Positions 1 to 9,636 of a stretch of DNA of 20,000 nucleotides are shown one piece after another. The notes below the pieces were generated by a model, which saw only the letters and a list, made by a program, of their open reading frames with translations, searched no databases and had not been told where the DNA came from. The position numbers and the translations under genes were made by a program. Within the stretch, counting starts at the first letter, position 1. Every line of letters begins with the position of its first letter. The DNA is taken from assembly GCA_030248215.1 (NCBI GenBank), contig JASANG010000932.1, forward strand, positions 483,087-503,086, read 5' to 3'. The stretch is from Enoplolaimus lenunculus (lineage: Eukaryota).

Positions 1-883
1 GTACAACAATTTGTTTCAGTAAAGAAACGACAAGAAAGTAAGTTTTAGTCGTTTACATTGTAGTTTTCAAATCAGTTGTTTATATTCGTCACCCACATCC
101 AGGGTACACCCACCAGACAACTGGCAGACCGTCTGAACGGCGTATACTTAGTCACATTATCGCACATACCCGTGCCACTTGTCAATATGTTATAAAAATG
201 AAACCTGTTTTGGCCATAGTTTGTTACAAAGGACTCCGCTTATTGTATGCTACAGAGTTTGTCCGAAGGGACTATGTTTACCGATTTTGCAGAGTCTGTC
301 CGTTTTACTGCCTTTACAGCCAAGTGTGTTGACGTTTTACAGGAAGTTAGCCAGAATAATGTGGATTACCCATAAGCTATTCATGCATCCAGTGCAAAAA
401 TGCATTAATTATCAATAGAGCTAAAAATCATTGCTCGTACAAAACCTTTCAAAACTATTAATAAAAGTGGCAATAGATGTATCACCCATATATGAATTCC
501 GTCGCAGATTCATGGAGATAGTGTATGCAGAAAGTCTACCAGTTTAATCTCAAGACGATATTAATTGTATATAGAGTATAGATGAATTCGCCGTATTTGG
601 CTTTAATCTAACGAACGTGTGGTTGTTAAGATATTGCATTAAAAATCAATAGGGCTACAGATCATTTTAATGTAAATACGTACTATTCACGGACTAATAG
701 TTATTTTCAGCAAAATGAACGTCATGAGATGAATGACAATTACTGTTCGACACAGTCCTTAAACTGCTACTAAAATCAAATTGAATTTTTATTGGACGTA
801 GAAAATATAACAGTGTTTATTGCAGTATGATTGGCTGAATTTTTATTTATGTTCTAATCGTTGATTTAAGCTGTTATAATAAA

Positions 884-1017
884 CCTAAGCCTATGGCTAA
901 GCCTAAGCCTAACCCTAAGCTTAAGCCTAAGCCTGAGCCTAAGCCTAAGCCTAAGCCTAAGCCTGAGCCTTAGCCTAAGCCTAAGCCTAAGTCTAAGCCT
1001 AAGCCTAAGCCTAAGCC
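884..1017 (-). repeat. Interstitial telomere-like (TTAGGC)n tract, about 22 units (mirror 16489-16626)
   Basis: (GCCTAA)n on the + strand with variants GCCTGA, GTCTAA and GCTTAA. Confidence 0.92.
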
Positions 1018-1611
1018 AATATGACCTACAAAATCTTGAACCGTCGAACAAATGCTTGTAGTAAAACACGTTTTGATTGGTTATATTATACTTCATATGT
1101 ACAAGGACATCCATTATTTTATTCGTGTTTATTTTTGTCCTAACCCCAGTCTAAGGACTGTCCTCACGGGAAGACCCCAAATTGGGCTGGTGACCCCAAA
1201 TAGACTCAATCTAAATGTATATAGTCTTGAATTGCAAATGTAGGGGTCGCTTAATATTTTTCAGTGCTCCGCCCAAAATACATTTTTCTGCTGACGCCCC
1301 TGGGCTTTTGATTGGTTAAACTGTGCCGAGCTCTGTTAAAATTCAAAACAAGGTTCCGATTGTCGAATGAAATCAATGAAACTTAGTTTCGTGTTTAACG
1401 ATTGGCTAAAGACACAAATGATTACGGAAACGGAAGTCAATTTTTACCGGATATACAAATACTTATTCATTAGGCTTCTTTTAAAATTGTGAACAAAAAA
1501 GAGCGGATGCAGTTTTTATTTCATATCGAACAATTGCAGCATATCAACATTTTGCAAAATTTGATGATTTAGTAAATCTTAAAATATGAAGTAATAAATG
1601 TTGAAGAATAT

Positions 1612-1798
1612 GGCCAATGTTACTGTTAGGGGCGTGACAATAGATTAAGCGTATTTCTAAGCCTACGCCTAAGCCTAAGTGTTGCAAAAATGTGTGCCTA
1701 AGCGTATTAGCCTAAGTAAGAAGTTGTAATCTAGAATCTAAACCTACTCTTTTATAGACCCACCAGAAACCTTTACGCCCCTTAAAGTAACATGGGCC
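1612..1798 (+). mobile_element. Merlin-like MITE, same family, just downstream of the CYP4 stop codon
   Basis: GGCCAATGTTAC...GTAACATGGGCC; 8-bp flanks aagaatat/aacaatat (7/8, TSD). Confidence 0.88.
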
Positions 1799-1835
1799 AA
1801 CAATATTATCACACAGCTTTGGTGCTTGCCATCAA

Positions 1836-1996
1836 TTAACATCTGGGTGTCATACGAACATGGAGACCATTTGCAGGACGCAATGTCAACTCAGAGACTG
1901 CGTCCACAGAATCCATTGGCTCAACTGAAGCGATGTGAAAGTTTTTGACCAGCATTGAAACAGTTGTCAACATTTCGAGGATTGCAAATTTTTGAC
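1836..1996 (-). CDS. CYP4: CYP4 terminal exon GQKFAILEM...LTLRPANGLHVRMTPRC*
   Basis: ttttag acceptor, TAA at 1836-1838 on the minus strand, GQKFA continues the haem motif. Confidence 0.92.
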
Positions 1997-2288
1997 CTAA
2001 AAATAAAATGGAAACAATTCTATAAAGTTTACTGAAGGATTGGTAGCATTTAAACTTTGACTCATTTTATTTCAAACAAAAATTACAAAAACTAAAATGA
2101 CATCTGGTTGTGACAGGATTTTTACGTTTATTCCGGTATTGCGAAATCGAAATTTTTCACACATTTGCGCATAAAAGTTGTGCCGTTCGTAACTTGGCGG
2201 ATTAGTGTGGCGGAAGGCCCGGGTCCGACATGGCTAACAGTCGTTTTTAATAGCAATTATTTTATACAGCACAGCTTAAAGTGTAACA

Positions 2289-2515
2289 CAGGGCCGGCGT
2301 TAGAATAAGGATAGTCGGCCGCCCCAAAACAGGTCAAATAGGCGTTCGCAATAAAATGCTTCACAGCTCTATATAAACTTTGTGATTCGGGAAAATTTTT
2401 TTTTCATGGCTTCTTATCCATTGAAACATGCCGTCGTTTTTTGGTTGGTGGGAGGCCCCTTTTTGGTGGAAGGCCCGGCGCCCGAGGTCCCTGCGCCCCC
2501 TTTAATCCGGCGCTG
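2289..2515. mobile_element. Possible hAT-like MITE remnant (mirror 14987-15213)
   Basis: GC-rich segment bounded by CAGGGCCGG...CCGGCGCTG. No TSD found. Confidence 0.4.
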
Positions 2516-2587
2516 TTCGAAAAACAACAATAGTTCAAAAAGTTTTCTAATGAAATAAATCTTGATAAAATGTAAAGATTATAGGTA

Positions 2588-3013
2588 CTGTAGTGACCCG
2601 AATAAGAGGGGGGACTGATATTTATTTGGCCTCTCGAGAGGGTAACCCCATTGTTATTCGGTTACGGACTGTTATTTATTTTAACCCAAGCTCCGCCGCC
2701 CTTCGTCGCTGAAATATATCCGGTACTGCAATTATCCGTTGAATTAAACGTTTATTTGTCTTGTGTCAATAGCTTGAGCGATAATACAAGGTTACACTTA
2801 GGAATGTGCTTTCAAACTTTAAGTACGCTTTAAAGGTTCGACCTCAAATTATTTGGTCCTGGATTTATTTATGCGCTACAATTAGGATTAATGGATATTT
2901 ATGGACTCTAATTAGGGTTTAGGGACTCTATGCGCTTACGGACTCTTATTAGGGATACGGAATCCAATTGATTCGGACTCAAAATGGGGACCCTCTTATT
3001 CGGGTCAATACAG
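2588..3013. mobile_element. Non-autonomous Tc1/mariner-superfamily (Tc2/pogo-like) element (mirror 14487-14914)
   Basis: 23-bp TIRs CTGTAGTGACCCGAATAAGAGGG / CCCTCTTATTCGGGTCAATACAG (22/23), flanked by TA on both sides. No transposase ORF. Confidence 0.8.
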
Positions 3014-3734
3014 TAAAACTTGTTAATTCAGCGTGATTTTAAATCATTTATTTTCGTTTATCTTCAAATCCAAAGCACAGTTCATACCTCAATTGTGTTG
3101 GCAGAAAAATAAAACATTTTTGAAATTTTGAAATTACGCTGCAATATCTGTTTTCCGTTTCTGTTATTTTTACTATCTGTTTTAGAATTCTTAATCGACA
3201 AAACGCTATTACAAGTTGAGGGTTTAATATTAAGAATCTGCGGCATTATATAGGACTTTATGGCCCATTTACGGATTTTCTGAGGCGGATTAGGAGTCCT
3301 ACTTAGCTCTATGTTTCTCTTATGCAGAAATTGTGGCCAGAATTTGCGTATTTCCCCTGTGACAATTGCGGTGTTTGCACGGCATCATAAAGGTTAATGT
3401 TTTACATAGACGAGTACTTCACTAAACCGAATATATACTTCGTTCAATGACATCATACGTCATCAAAATATAATTCTGAGTCGAAGCCTAAGCCTAAGCC
3501 TAAACGAAACCTAATGGCGTACGAGCAAATGTCTGGTCTATGATATTATCGGTTATAATGCGAATCTCGGTCGATAGTCCTGGCGACAAAATGTCATTTA
3601 TGCCGTTTTCGAATTCATTTGTGAACCAATTTCTGATTGGCTAAGAAAATACCATTCAAAGGACAAACCGCCCCCGCCCCCTCAGGCCCGTAATCTGTAA
3701 TTGGCTGCGCTGGTGATGTTCTTCTCGTTCTTAC

Positions 3735-3920
3735 CGATACAATTTCGTGGGCCAGCTGCAAATGGAACGAATGAGTACGGATGTCGGCTCATATTTTCAG
3801 GATCGTCGTGAGCGAATCTGTCAGGTATAAATTTGTCAGGATATTCGTAGTAGTCTGGGTCACGATGGATCGACCACATCGATATCATTGCTGTACATCC
3901 GGCCGGTATGACGTAATCAG
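3735..3920 (-). CDS. CYP4: CYP4 exon (meander and haem loop) DYVIPAG...HRDP...PDRF...FAAGPRNCI
   Basis: tttcag acceptor, gtaaga donor, 186 nt, FxxGxRxCxG signature. Confidence 0.96.
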
Positions 3921-3966
3921 CTGAAATCCGTTTTAAATTTTCACTCATTCTCACTTGAATAGTTTC

Positions 3967-4162
3967 GGGCCATTTAAAAATCAGTGGCGGAACGTTTTTC
4001 TGTAGGACTGCAATAGAGTAAAGCTTTAGCTTTAGACCATTTTTTTGCTTGGCTTAAGCTTAGGCTTAGGAATATGTTCATTCCTACGCTTAGGCTTAGA
4101 CTTAGGGTTAGGCTTAGGAATACGCTTAATGCGCTTTGACGACTCTCAAAGTAACATTGGCC
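3967..4162 (-). mobile_element. Divergent subfamily copy of the TTAGGC MITE (mirror 13335-13542)
   Basis: Ends gggccat... and ...aaagtaacattggcc; internal ttaggcttaggaatacgcttaat. No TSD seen. Confidence 0.7.
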
Positions 4163-4337
4163 AAAAATATAGACCAACTCATTTTGGTGGCGTGTGGTAA
4201 CGCGCGGCTGCGTGCGTCGTCATGCGGAAACGTGCGGCAAAATTTAAAAAATTTACCTGCTGCGGCGTCCGGCAGTGCCCCGCGGACATTGCGCAACCTA
4301 AAGAGTGAATGATAAATGATTGATATTATTTTGTTAC

Positions 4338-4472
4338 CTGCAGTAAACGGTTCAGTCACTTTTCGACCCACATACGGTACAGGTGGCACATATCTCATCG
4401 ATTCCATAATAAAAGTTCGCAGGACGCGAAGCGATTTAAGCTTCGACGGATTCAACCAATCACATTCGTCGC
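4338..4472 (-). CDS. CYP4: CYP4 exon (K helix) ...FIMESMRYVPPVPYVGRKVTEPFTA
   Basis: ttacag acceptor, gtaaca donor, 135 nt, ExxR motif. Confidence 0.93.
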
Positions 4473-5379
4473 CTGTAAACAGCAGCTGAGTTGTGTAATA
4501 CCCAATCAAAAAGTTTAAGAGTTGGTTGATTATAATACTTTTGGATAGAAAATGTGAGCATTTACACAAGCTGGGGTAAAACCGTTCCGAGGAACGGAGA
4601 GCAAAATTAGATCCAAAGCTTATATTTGGAAAGTTTTCGCAATCCTACAAACCCCTATAATCACAGCTGTCATTGTAAGTGTGAATGGTTAAAAATAGGA
4701 CTTTTTTCACACGTTTCTGATTGGGTAATTGAAAACCTCTGAGTTAACAGTCGAAGTCGAAAGTTTTCTAACTAAAATATTGACTTTTCAAGTTTCAGTT
4801 GCGTCTTTGAAACCCAGCGAATAGCGCGTTTCTGAAATATTGTTCAAGTATTTACTTAACTTACGTACACTTTTAGAAACAATAAATTGATTAAACAAAT
4901 GCATAGCAAATACATATAAGCATAAAATTGTACTTAAGCAGGCTTTCAGAAGCCCAGCCATTGTTTATGGATCATCCTATTTATATAATCTGCTCGGATG
5001 TACAAAACAGAACTGTAACCTAAGAGTTGGTACAACGCAAACAGCGTGCTCTATCACAACAACGTGTCCTGAGTCTGTAAATCGGATACCGGAACAGTAA
5101 TCACACATTTTTTACAAAGTCCAGAAATCGAAACAAAATACAAACATACACATATATCAAAACATGAAGTCGTACTTAAGTAGGCTTTCAGAAACCTAGC
5201 CATTGTTTTTAGTTTTATGAAATTAGCAGGCTGATTCCTATGCTTTATGATTTAAGTTAAATCGGTTAAATGTTTTCCATTGAAATGTAAATTTTAACAT
5301 TTTTTCTCATTTGCGTGTCTTGTTTCAACTGCCGTCACTTACTTGGAATACTTATAAATACTTTGATGCTACTTGAGAG

Positions 5380-5462
5380 CACGGTGTAACCGTTATTTCG
5401 ACCACTATCCGTTTCCGTTTCCGTTTCCGTTTCCGTGATTTTTACTATCCGTTTACACCCTG
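5380..5462. mobile_element. 83-bp hAT-like mini-MITE with internal (TTTCCG)n (mirror 12052-12128)
   Basis: Termini CACGGTGTAACCG / CCGTTTACACCCTG; 8-bp flanks cttgagag/cttgaaag (7/8). Confidence 0.6.
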
Positions 5463-5483
5463 CTTGAAAGTATTACAGTTATT

Positions 5484-5670
5484 GGTCCATGTTACTTTAA
5501 AGGGCGTGCCGTTTTTGCAAGCATGCAATAGAGAACGTTAAATCTTTTTAGAGTAACGGTTATGCTTAGGCTTAGGCTTGGTTTTAGTCTTGTCCTTGCA
5601 TACGGAAGGTTAGCCTTAGACTGAGATATTTTCAAACGCTTACTGTTTACGCCCCTAAAAGTAACAATTG
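5484..5670 (-). mobile_element. Older copy of the Merlin-like MITE (mirror 11844-12030)
   Basis: GGTCCATGTTACTTTAAAGGGCGT...ACGCCCCTAAAAGTAACA with internal TTAGGC. One terminus is decayed and no clear TSD is seen. Confidence 0.75.
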
Positions 5671-5710
5671 TAAGCATTGCTGTAGAAGGTCGTTTTATTA
5701 ATAAACGTAC

Positions 5711-5813
5711 TCAGAGTTTCTGAAATTTCTCGATAAATATGCTCCTGATACTCGGGAAAATGACCAAGGAAAAATATTGTCCAGCAAATTGCAGTTGCCG
5801 ACGTATCTGTAGC
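5711..5813 (-). CDS. CYP4: CYP4 exon (I/J helices) ATDTSATAICWTIFFLGHFPEYQEHIYREISETL
   Basis: tttcag acceptor, gtacgt donor, 103 nt. Confidence 0.92.
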
Positions 5814-5876
5814 CTGAAACATTTGAAACAAAATTGACAAACTTTTATTTTTGCGTTGCGGCTCTTTGAACATTTT

Positions 5877-5990
5877 CAAACAAACAGACAAACAAACAAA
5901 CAAACAAACAAACAAACAAACAAACAAACAAACAAACAAACAAACAAACAAACAAACAAACAAACAAACAAACAAACAAACAAACAAACA
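5877..5990. repeat. (CAAA)n microsatellite, about 28 units
   Basis: Read directly; one CAGA interruption. Confidence 0.97.
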
Positions 5991-6149
5991 ATGCTATTAA
6001 GCTTCGTAAGCGCAAGTTCTACAAGACGTGAGACCTCCCTCGTGCTCGAGCATCTGCAGACCCTTAAAGTTGAGAGTGGTAAATGATGAGAACGTCTCTC
6101 ACACCATGAAACTACGATTCGAATCTTGGCTTGAAATTTAATTTGCATA

Positions 6150-6357
6150 CAGTGCAAAAAAATGGTGAGCCAAATTGACTCTCTCGAAAATAGGCTTTTC
6201 CTGGCTACTCAAACTGAGTCAAGTTCGACTCCACCAGAGTCAAATTCGATACACTGAGTCGCACGTTTGACTTTGGCGGAGTCGAATTTGACTCAGATTG
6301 TGTAGTCAGGAAAAGCCTATTTCCGAGAGAGTCGATTTGACCCCATTTTTTACGGTG
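6150..6357. mobile_element. Near-fully palindromic MITE with TA flanks (mirror 11212-11420)
   Basis: Imperfect inverted arms of about 95 bp (aaataggcttttcctg / caggaaaagcctattt). Termini CAGTG../CACCG.., TA on both sides. Confidence 0.75.
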
Positions 6358-6407
6358 TACATTTTAGTATAAATATTCATGTGAGAAAAGGTTCACAGTT
6401 GTCTTAC

Positions 6408-6554
6408 TCCTTGAGTAAATGTGTCAACTTCTTCACGAATGTCACATTTGTTCATTTCATGCTTTGAAGCGAGTTCGAGTAGAATATCGAGGAATGTACA
6501 TCGTTTTCGACCATCAACACTGCGGTATGGACACTGAATTCGTGCTGTGATAAT
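6408..6554 (-). CDS. CYP4: CYP4 exon IITARIQ...FLDILL...IREEVDTFTQG
   Basis: ttgcag acceptor, gtaaga donor, 147 nt, phase 0-0. Confidence 0.92.
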
Positions 6555-6587
6555 CTGCAAACAACAATAAATATTCATAAATTTCAT

Positions 6588-7358
6588 CGCCAATGTTAAT
6601 TCCTAAGCCAAAGCCTAAACCTAAGCCTAAGCGTTGCAAAAGCGTATTCCTAAGCCTAAGCCTAAGCGTTGCAAAAGCGTATTCCTCAGTTAAGCCTAAA
6701 CCTAAGCGTTGCAAAAGCGTATTCCTAAGCCTAAGCCTAAGCGTTGCAAAAGCGTATTCCTCAGTTAAGCCTAAACCTAAGCGTTGCAAAAGCGTATTCC
6801 TCAGTTAAGCCTAAACCTAAGCGTTGCAAAAGCGTATTCCTAAGCCTAAGCCTAAGCGTTGCAAAAGCGTATTCCTCAGTTAAGCCTAAACCTAAGCGTT
6901 GCAAAAGCGTATTCCTCAGTTAAGCCTAAACCTAAGCGTTGCAAAAGCGTATTCCTAAGCCTAAGCCTAAGCGTTGCAAAAGCGTATTCCTCAGTTAAGC
7001 CTAAACCTAAGCGTTGCAAAAGCGTATTCCTCAGTTAAGCCTAAACCTAAGCGTTGCAAAAGCGTATTCCTAAGCCTAAGCCTAAGCGTTGCAAAAGCGT
7101 ATTCCTCAGTTAAGCCTAAACCTAAGCGTTGCAAAAGCGTATTCCTAAGCCTAAGCCTAAGCGTTGCAAAAGCGTATTCCTCAGTTAAGCCTAAACCTAA
7201 GCGTTGCTAAAGCGTATTCCTAAGCCTAAGCCTAAGCGTTGCAAAAGCGTATTCCTAAGCCTAAGCCTAAGCCTAAGCAAAAAATGTAGTATAGAATGTA
7301 AGCCTACTCTTTTATTGACTCACCACAAACCGGGACAGTCCTAATAGTAACATGGGCC
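6588..7358 (+). mobile_element. Merlin-like MITE expanded by an internal 35/40-bp minisatellite
   Basis: cGCCAATGTTA...GTAACATGGGCC flanked by a perfect 8-bp TSD AATTTCAT (6580-6587, 7359-7366). Confidence 0.88.
6631..7278 (+). repeat. Minisatellite, 17 units: core GCGTTGCAAAAGCGTATTCC plus TAAGCCTAAGCCTAA (A, 35 bp) or TCAGTTAAGCCTAAACCTAA (B, 40 bp)
   Basis: Unit order read directly: ABABBABBABBABABAA. Confidence 0.95.
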
Positions 7359-7450
7359 AATTTCATTTTAATATCTTAAAATTTCTTGAGATATATTTCA
7401 TTCCAATTTAAAAGTGTATTAGGCTCTTGTATACTTACCCGTCATAAAAA

Positions 7451-7733
7451 AAGCTTAGACGTAAACTTAGGCAACGGGTTCGTAGACTGAGACTAAGGTT
7501 TAAACAAAAACATTAGGCTTAGGCTTAATGAATTTTTTCTAAAAATCGGAACAGTATTATAAGCTTATTCTTACACGTAAGCCTAAGCCAAAGCCTAAGC
7601 GTAAGAATGAGTTTATTCCTAAGCATAAAACCCTAAGCCTAAGCGTAACCCAACCAAAAAATAGTCTAAAGCTTAAGCTTACTCTATAGCAGTCTCACAG
7701 AAAAACATTCCACCCCTGATCTTTACGTGGGCC
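7451..7733. mobile_element. Rearranged fragment(s) of the TTAGGC MITE subfamily (mirror about 9825-10107)
   Basis: 7575-7733 resembles 3967-4100 and ends gtgggcc. 7451-7530 has TTAGGC-like units in the opposite orientation. Confidence 0.55.
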
Positions 7734-7921
7734 AGCCCAACGAACCTGTGAATAAAAGTGAACAAGAGCCTTTTATGCAAATTTAAAATGTCTTTTAACT
7801 TTTAGTTTTTGTTGAAAATTTTCTCACATTTGAAATTTTTTTAAAAATCAAAAACTTTAAGCTGATTTTGGCTAAAGTTGCTGAATTCACTTCTAATCGC
7901 TCAGAACTTGAGCAAACTAAC

Positions 7922-8048
7922 TTTTTCGGTAAACTCGTGTGCCGTTTTGATGGCTCGTGTTAAGGTAAAACCGTAGCCAAAGCAGTAAAACAACGGTCGA
8001 AACCACAGCCACGGAGAGCGTTCTTTGCGAACCATAAGCTCTGTGATT
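7922..8048 (-). CDS. CYP4: CYP4 exon (F/G region) ITELMVRKERSPWLWFRPLFYCFGYGFTLTRAIKTAHEFTEK
   Basis: tttcag acceptor, gttagt donor, 127 nt. PWLW and H-x-FT motifs are typical of CYP4. This frame is not in the ORF track. Confidence 0.85.
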
Positions 8049-8496
8049 CTGAAATAAAAATAGGTAGTAAAATAGCGGAAAACGGATATTGAAGTATAAA
8101 AGTTTCAAAGATGTATTATTCGGTCACCATAATTGCGGCATGTAGATATCAGTTGGCTTTCTAAACCTTTAAAGGAAAAATAACGGATGCACCAAAATTC
8201 TTTTATTATTTTGGACGAATTTCGTTGCTAATGTTTCATACAGAACAATTAAAGCATATTTGTAATGAAATACTGTGATGTACACATGGGATTTATAACT
8301 AATTTTAAGCATAAAAATAGGGGAATTTCCGGTATTTTTATAACGGAAAAAAACGAACACCGATCTTTACCGGAAACGGAAACAGATATCCGGTTAATAG
8401 ATGTATATATACTAAATAGCTTATGTATAGAACAGGGCCGGATCGTTTTCCGAAGGGGCTGTACCTGTCATACAGTCAGCTTGCGATTTAGACAAA

Positions 8497-8556
8497 ATTT
8501 TTTGCTTCGGCTTAGGCTTACGCTTAAGTTTAGGCTTAGGAATATGATCATTCTTT
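8497..8556 (-). mobile_element. Short internal fragment of the TTAGGC MITE (mirror about 9002-9061)
   Basis: ttttttgcttcggcttaggc...ttaggaatatgatcattc matches 4040-4085. Confidence 0.55.
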
Positions 8557-8668
8557 CGGTTTTGCCAGGATTCATAGCAAAACCAAAGGTTTTTTAGCAA
8601 CAGGAAAATACAATTCCAGTATTCTCGTCATTACTTAAATCACTGCTTATAAAATTGCAATAATCAAT

Positions 8669-8889
8669 GGCCAATGTTACTTTTAGGGGCGTAACAGTAG
8701 ATTAAGCGTACTCCTAAGCCAAAGCCTAAGCGTTGCAAAAATGCGTTCTTAAGCCTAAGCCTAAGCGTTGTAAAAAATGTGTTCCTAAACCTAAGCCTAA
8801 GCCTAAGCAAAAAACGGTAATCTAGAATCTAAACCTACTGTTTTATAGACCTACTAGAAACCTGGACGCCCCTTAAAGTAACATTGGCC
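8669..8889 (+). mobile_element. Merlin-like TTAGGC-bearing MITE forming the palindrome spacer
   Basis: TIRs GGCCAATGTTACTTTTAGGGGCGT (8669-8692) and ACGCCCCTTAAAGTAACATTGGCC (8866-8889), 23/24 match. Interior has GCCTAA and GCGTTGCAAAA motifs and is homologous to 1612-1798. Confidence 0.9.
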
Positions 8890-9509
8890 ATTGATTATTG
8901 CAATTTTATAAGCAGTGATTTAAGTAATGACGAGAATACTGGAATTGTATTTTCCTGTTGCTAAAAAACCTTTGGTTTTGCTATGAATCCTGGCAAAACC
9001 GAAAGAATGATCATATTCCTAAGCCTAAACTTAAGCGTAAGCCTAAGCCGAAGCAAAAAATTTTGTCTAAATCGCAAGCTGACTGTATGACAGGTACAGC
9101 CCCTTCGGAAAACGATCCGGCCCTGTTCTATACATAAGCTATTTAGTATATATACATCTATTAACCGGATATCTGTTTCCGTTTCCGGTAAAGATCGGTG
9201 TTCGTTTTTTTCCGTTATAAAAATACCGGAAATTCCCCTATTTTTATGCTTAAAATTAGTTATAAATCCCATGTATACATCACAGTATTTCATTACAAAT
9301 ATGCTTTAATTGTTCTGTATGAAACATTAGCAACGAAATTCGTCCAAAATAATAAAAGAATTTTGGTGCATCCGTTATTTTTTCTTTAAAGGTTTAGAAA
9401 GCCAACTGATATCTACATGCCGCAATTATGGTGACCGAATAATACATCTTTGAAACTTTTATACTTCAATATCCGTTTTCCGCTATTTTACTACCTATTT
9501 TTATTTCAG

Positions 9510-9636
9510 AATCACAGAGCTTATGGTTCGCAAAGAACGCTCTCCGTGGCTGTGGTTTCGACCGTTGTTTTACTGCTTTGGCTACGGTTTTACCTTAACA
9601 CGAGCCATCAAAACGGCACACGAGTTTACCGAAAAA
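9510..9636 (+). CDS. CYP4: CYP4 exon (F/G region), right arm
   Basis: tttcag|A ATC ACA GAG...GAA AAA|gttagt; mirror of 7922-8048. Confidence 0.85.

Larger units (their letters stand above)
1836..8048 (-). pseudogene. CYP4: 5'-truncated CYP4 (CYP4V-like) cytochrome P450, left-arm copy, 6 exons, about 285 C-terminal aa
   Basis: Exons 7922-8048, 6408-6554, 5711-5813, 4338-4472, 3735-3920 and 1836-1996 splice in frame by GT-AG. Motifs: IREEVDTF, ExxR (ESMR), HRDP, PDRF, haem loop FAAGPRNCIG. No N-terminal exons found between 8048 and the axis. May be the 3' half of an intact gene if the palindrome is an artefact. Confidence 0.85.

Noticed and set aside
179..418. ORF 179-418 and its mirror 17090-17314
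   Set aside because: Frameshifted relative to each other and located in the tandem repeat; no coding signal.
866..1114. ORFs with LRLRLR, PKPKPK, LGLGLG, FVCL or QTNK runs (also 5856-6157, 6514-7210, 10296-10837, 11583-11816)
   Set aside because: These are translations of TTAGGC, minisatellite and CAAA repeats.
4176..4307. GC-rich patch with weak terminal inverted similarity
   Set aside because: Too degenerate and no TSD; possibly an old TE remnant but not supportable.
4930..5208. Direct repeat of about 37 bp (gtacttaag.aggctttcagaa.cc.agccattgttt) roughly 240 bp apart
   Set aside because: Real but looks like an old local intronic duplication; no LTR or other element hallmarks.
6631..7278. 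CRISPR-like array (constant 20-bp core with intervening sequence)
   Set aside because: The intervening sequences are only two recurring variants, not unique spacers. No cas genes, and the context is a eukaryotic intron.
8265..9293. Mirrored 110-aa ORF pair flanking the centre
   Set aside because: Antisense to the CYP4 intron, overlaps a MITE fragment and has no recognisable domain. The duplication is explained by the palindrome.
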